From NCBI RefSeq assembly GCF_001194135.2, contig NC_068996.1, positions 27,424,738 through 27,459,051 on the forward strand: 34,314 nucleotides of DNA. Direction: 5' to 3'. This DNA is from Octopus bimaculoides. Lineage: Eukaryota. Shown one piece after another: positions 33,620-34,314 of this stretch. The position numbers and the translations under genes are program-made. How positions within the stretch are numbered: the stretch's first letter is position 1; each line of letters begins with the position of its first letter. Below the pieces are notes generated by a model. That model had not been told where the DNA came from and did not search any database. It saw nothing but the letters and a program-made list of their open reading frames with translations.

Positions 33620-34314
33620 CAGGGGTTGGAAACACCTTAAAATTTCAGGACCGTCTTTGGCAGTAATTACAGCTTGAATTCTACGAGGAATGGACTCGTA
33701 CAAAGTTTGAATTGTTTCCAAAGGAATTTTTGTCCATTTTTCAGCCAAAACAGTTTCCAGTTCTTGTAGTGATGATGCTGGAGGATATCGACTCCTTACT
33801 TGTTTTCCTAAAATGCACCATAAATGTTCAATAACACTGAGATCTGGGAACTGTAATGGCCAGATAAGATGTTTAACTAGAATGTTCCTCGTACCATTCA
33901 ATAACAAGTTTAGCTGTATGAATTGGTCCATTATCATTTTGAACGACTGCGTTTCCCTCCGGAAACAGTTCTGCAACCATAGGATGAATTTGATCAGATA
34001 AAATGCTTAAATAGTGTTTACTATCAATTCTGCCATGAAGGGAAACCATTGGGCCGGCGGATTTCCAAGATATAGCCCTCCCAGATCATCACAGATCCTC
34101 CTCCATGTTTAACAGTTGGAAGAAGGCAATCTGGGTCAATACTTCTTTTGGCTGTCTCCACACGTATACTCGGCCGGTGGTTAGAAATAGGGTAAAGGAT
34201 GACTTGTCTAAGAAAATAACATTCTTCCACTGCTCTAGGGACCAATTCTGTAGGTTTTTATTCCACTCAAAACGCTTTGCAACGTTTGTTTTTGAAAGTA
34301 GTGGTTTTCTGATT
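33620..34314 (-). mobile_element. Tc1-family transposon 3' part (degraded DDE transposase), continues past window end
   Basis: DPDCLLPTVKHGGGSVMIW...NDNGPIHTA...WPLQFPDLSVIEHLW...LYESIPRRIQAVI; terminal CAGGGGTTGGA at 33620. Confidence 0.9.

Overview
AT-rich, gap-ridden eukaryotic draft sequence (10 N-gaps, many (TA)n/(TG)n/(CT)n microsatellites). The SINE and RTE families look like those of octopod cephalopods; this is inferred from recall and was not searched. Most long ORFs in the supplied track are artefacts of N runs, microsatellites or antisense shadows. One host coding exon is supportable: a minus-strand EGF-like exon at 8242-8345, cut by a gap. Almost everything else is mobile-element debris: an RT-deleted APE-type LINE, two RTE fragments, three CRE-like (restriction-like endonuclease) fragments, two mariner copies, a Tc1 transposase, a solo LTR, MITEs, SINEs and a ~3.8-kb tandem duplication. 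The most notable structure is at 25.6-28.75 kb. Two diverged, head-to-tail, gag/ORF1-only retroelements (zinc knuckle, no pol) are each followed by the same 13-bp sequence GAAGCTTGCTTCC from a tRNA-SINE head, and they share a conserved 3' stem-loop. This fits a SINE-targeting, site-specific, non-autonomous 'half-LINE' that stacks at its own target-site duplication. All translations and alignments were done by eye, and boundaries are approximate unless stated as exact.
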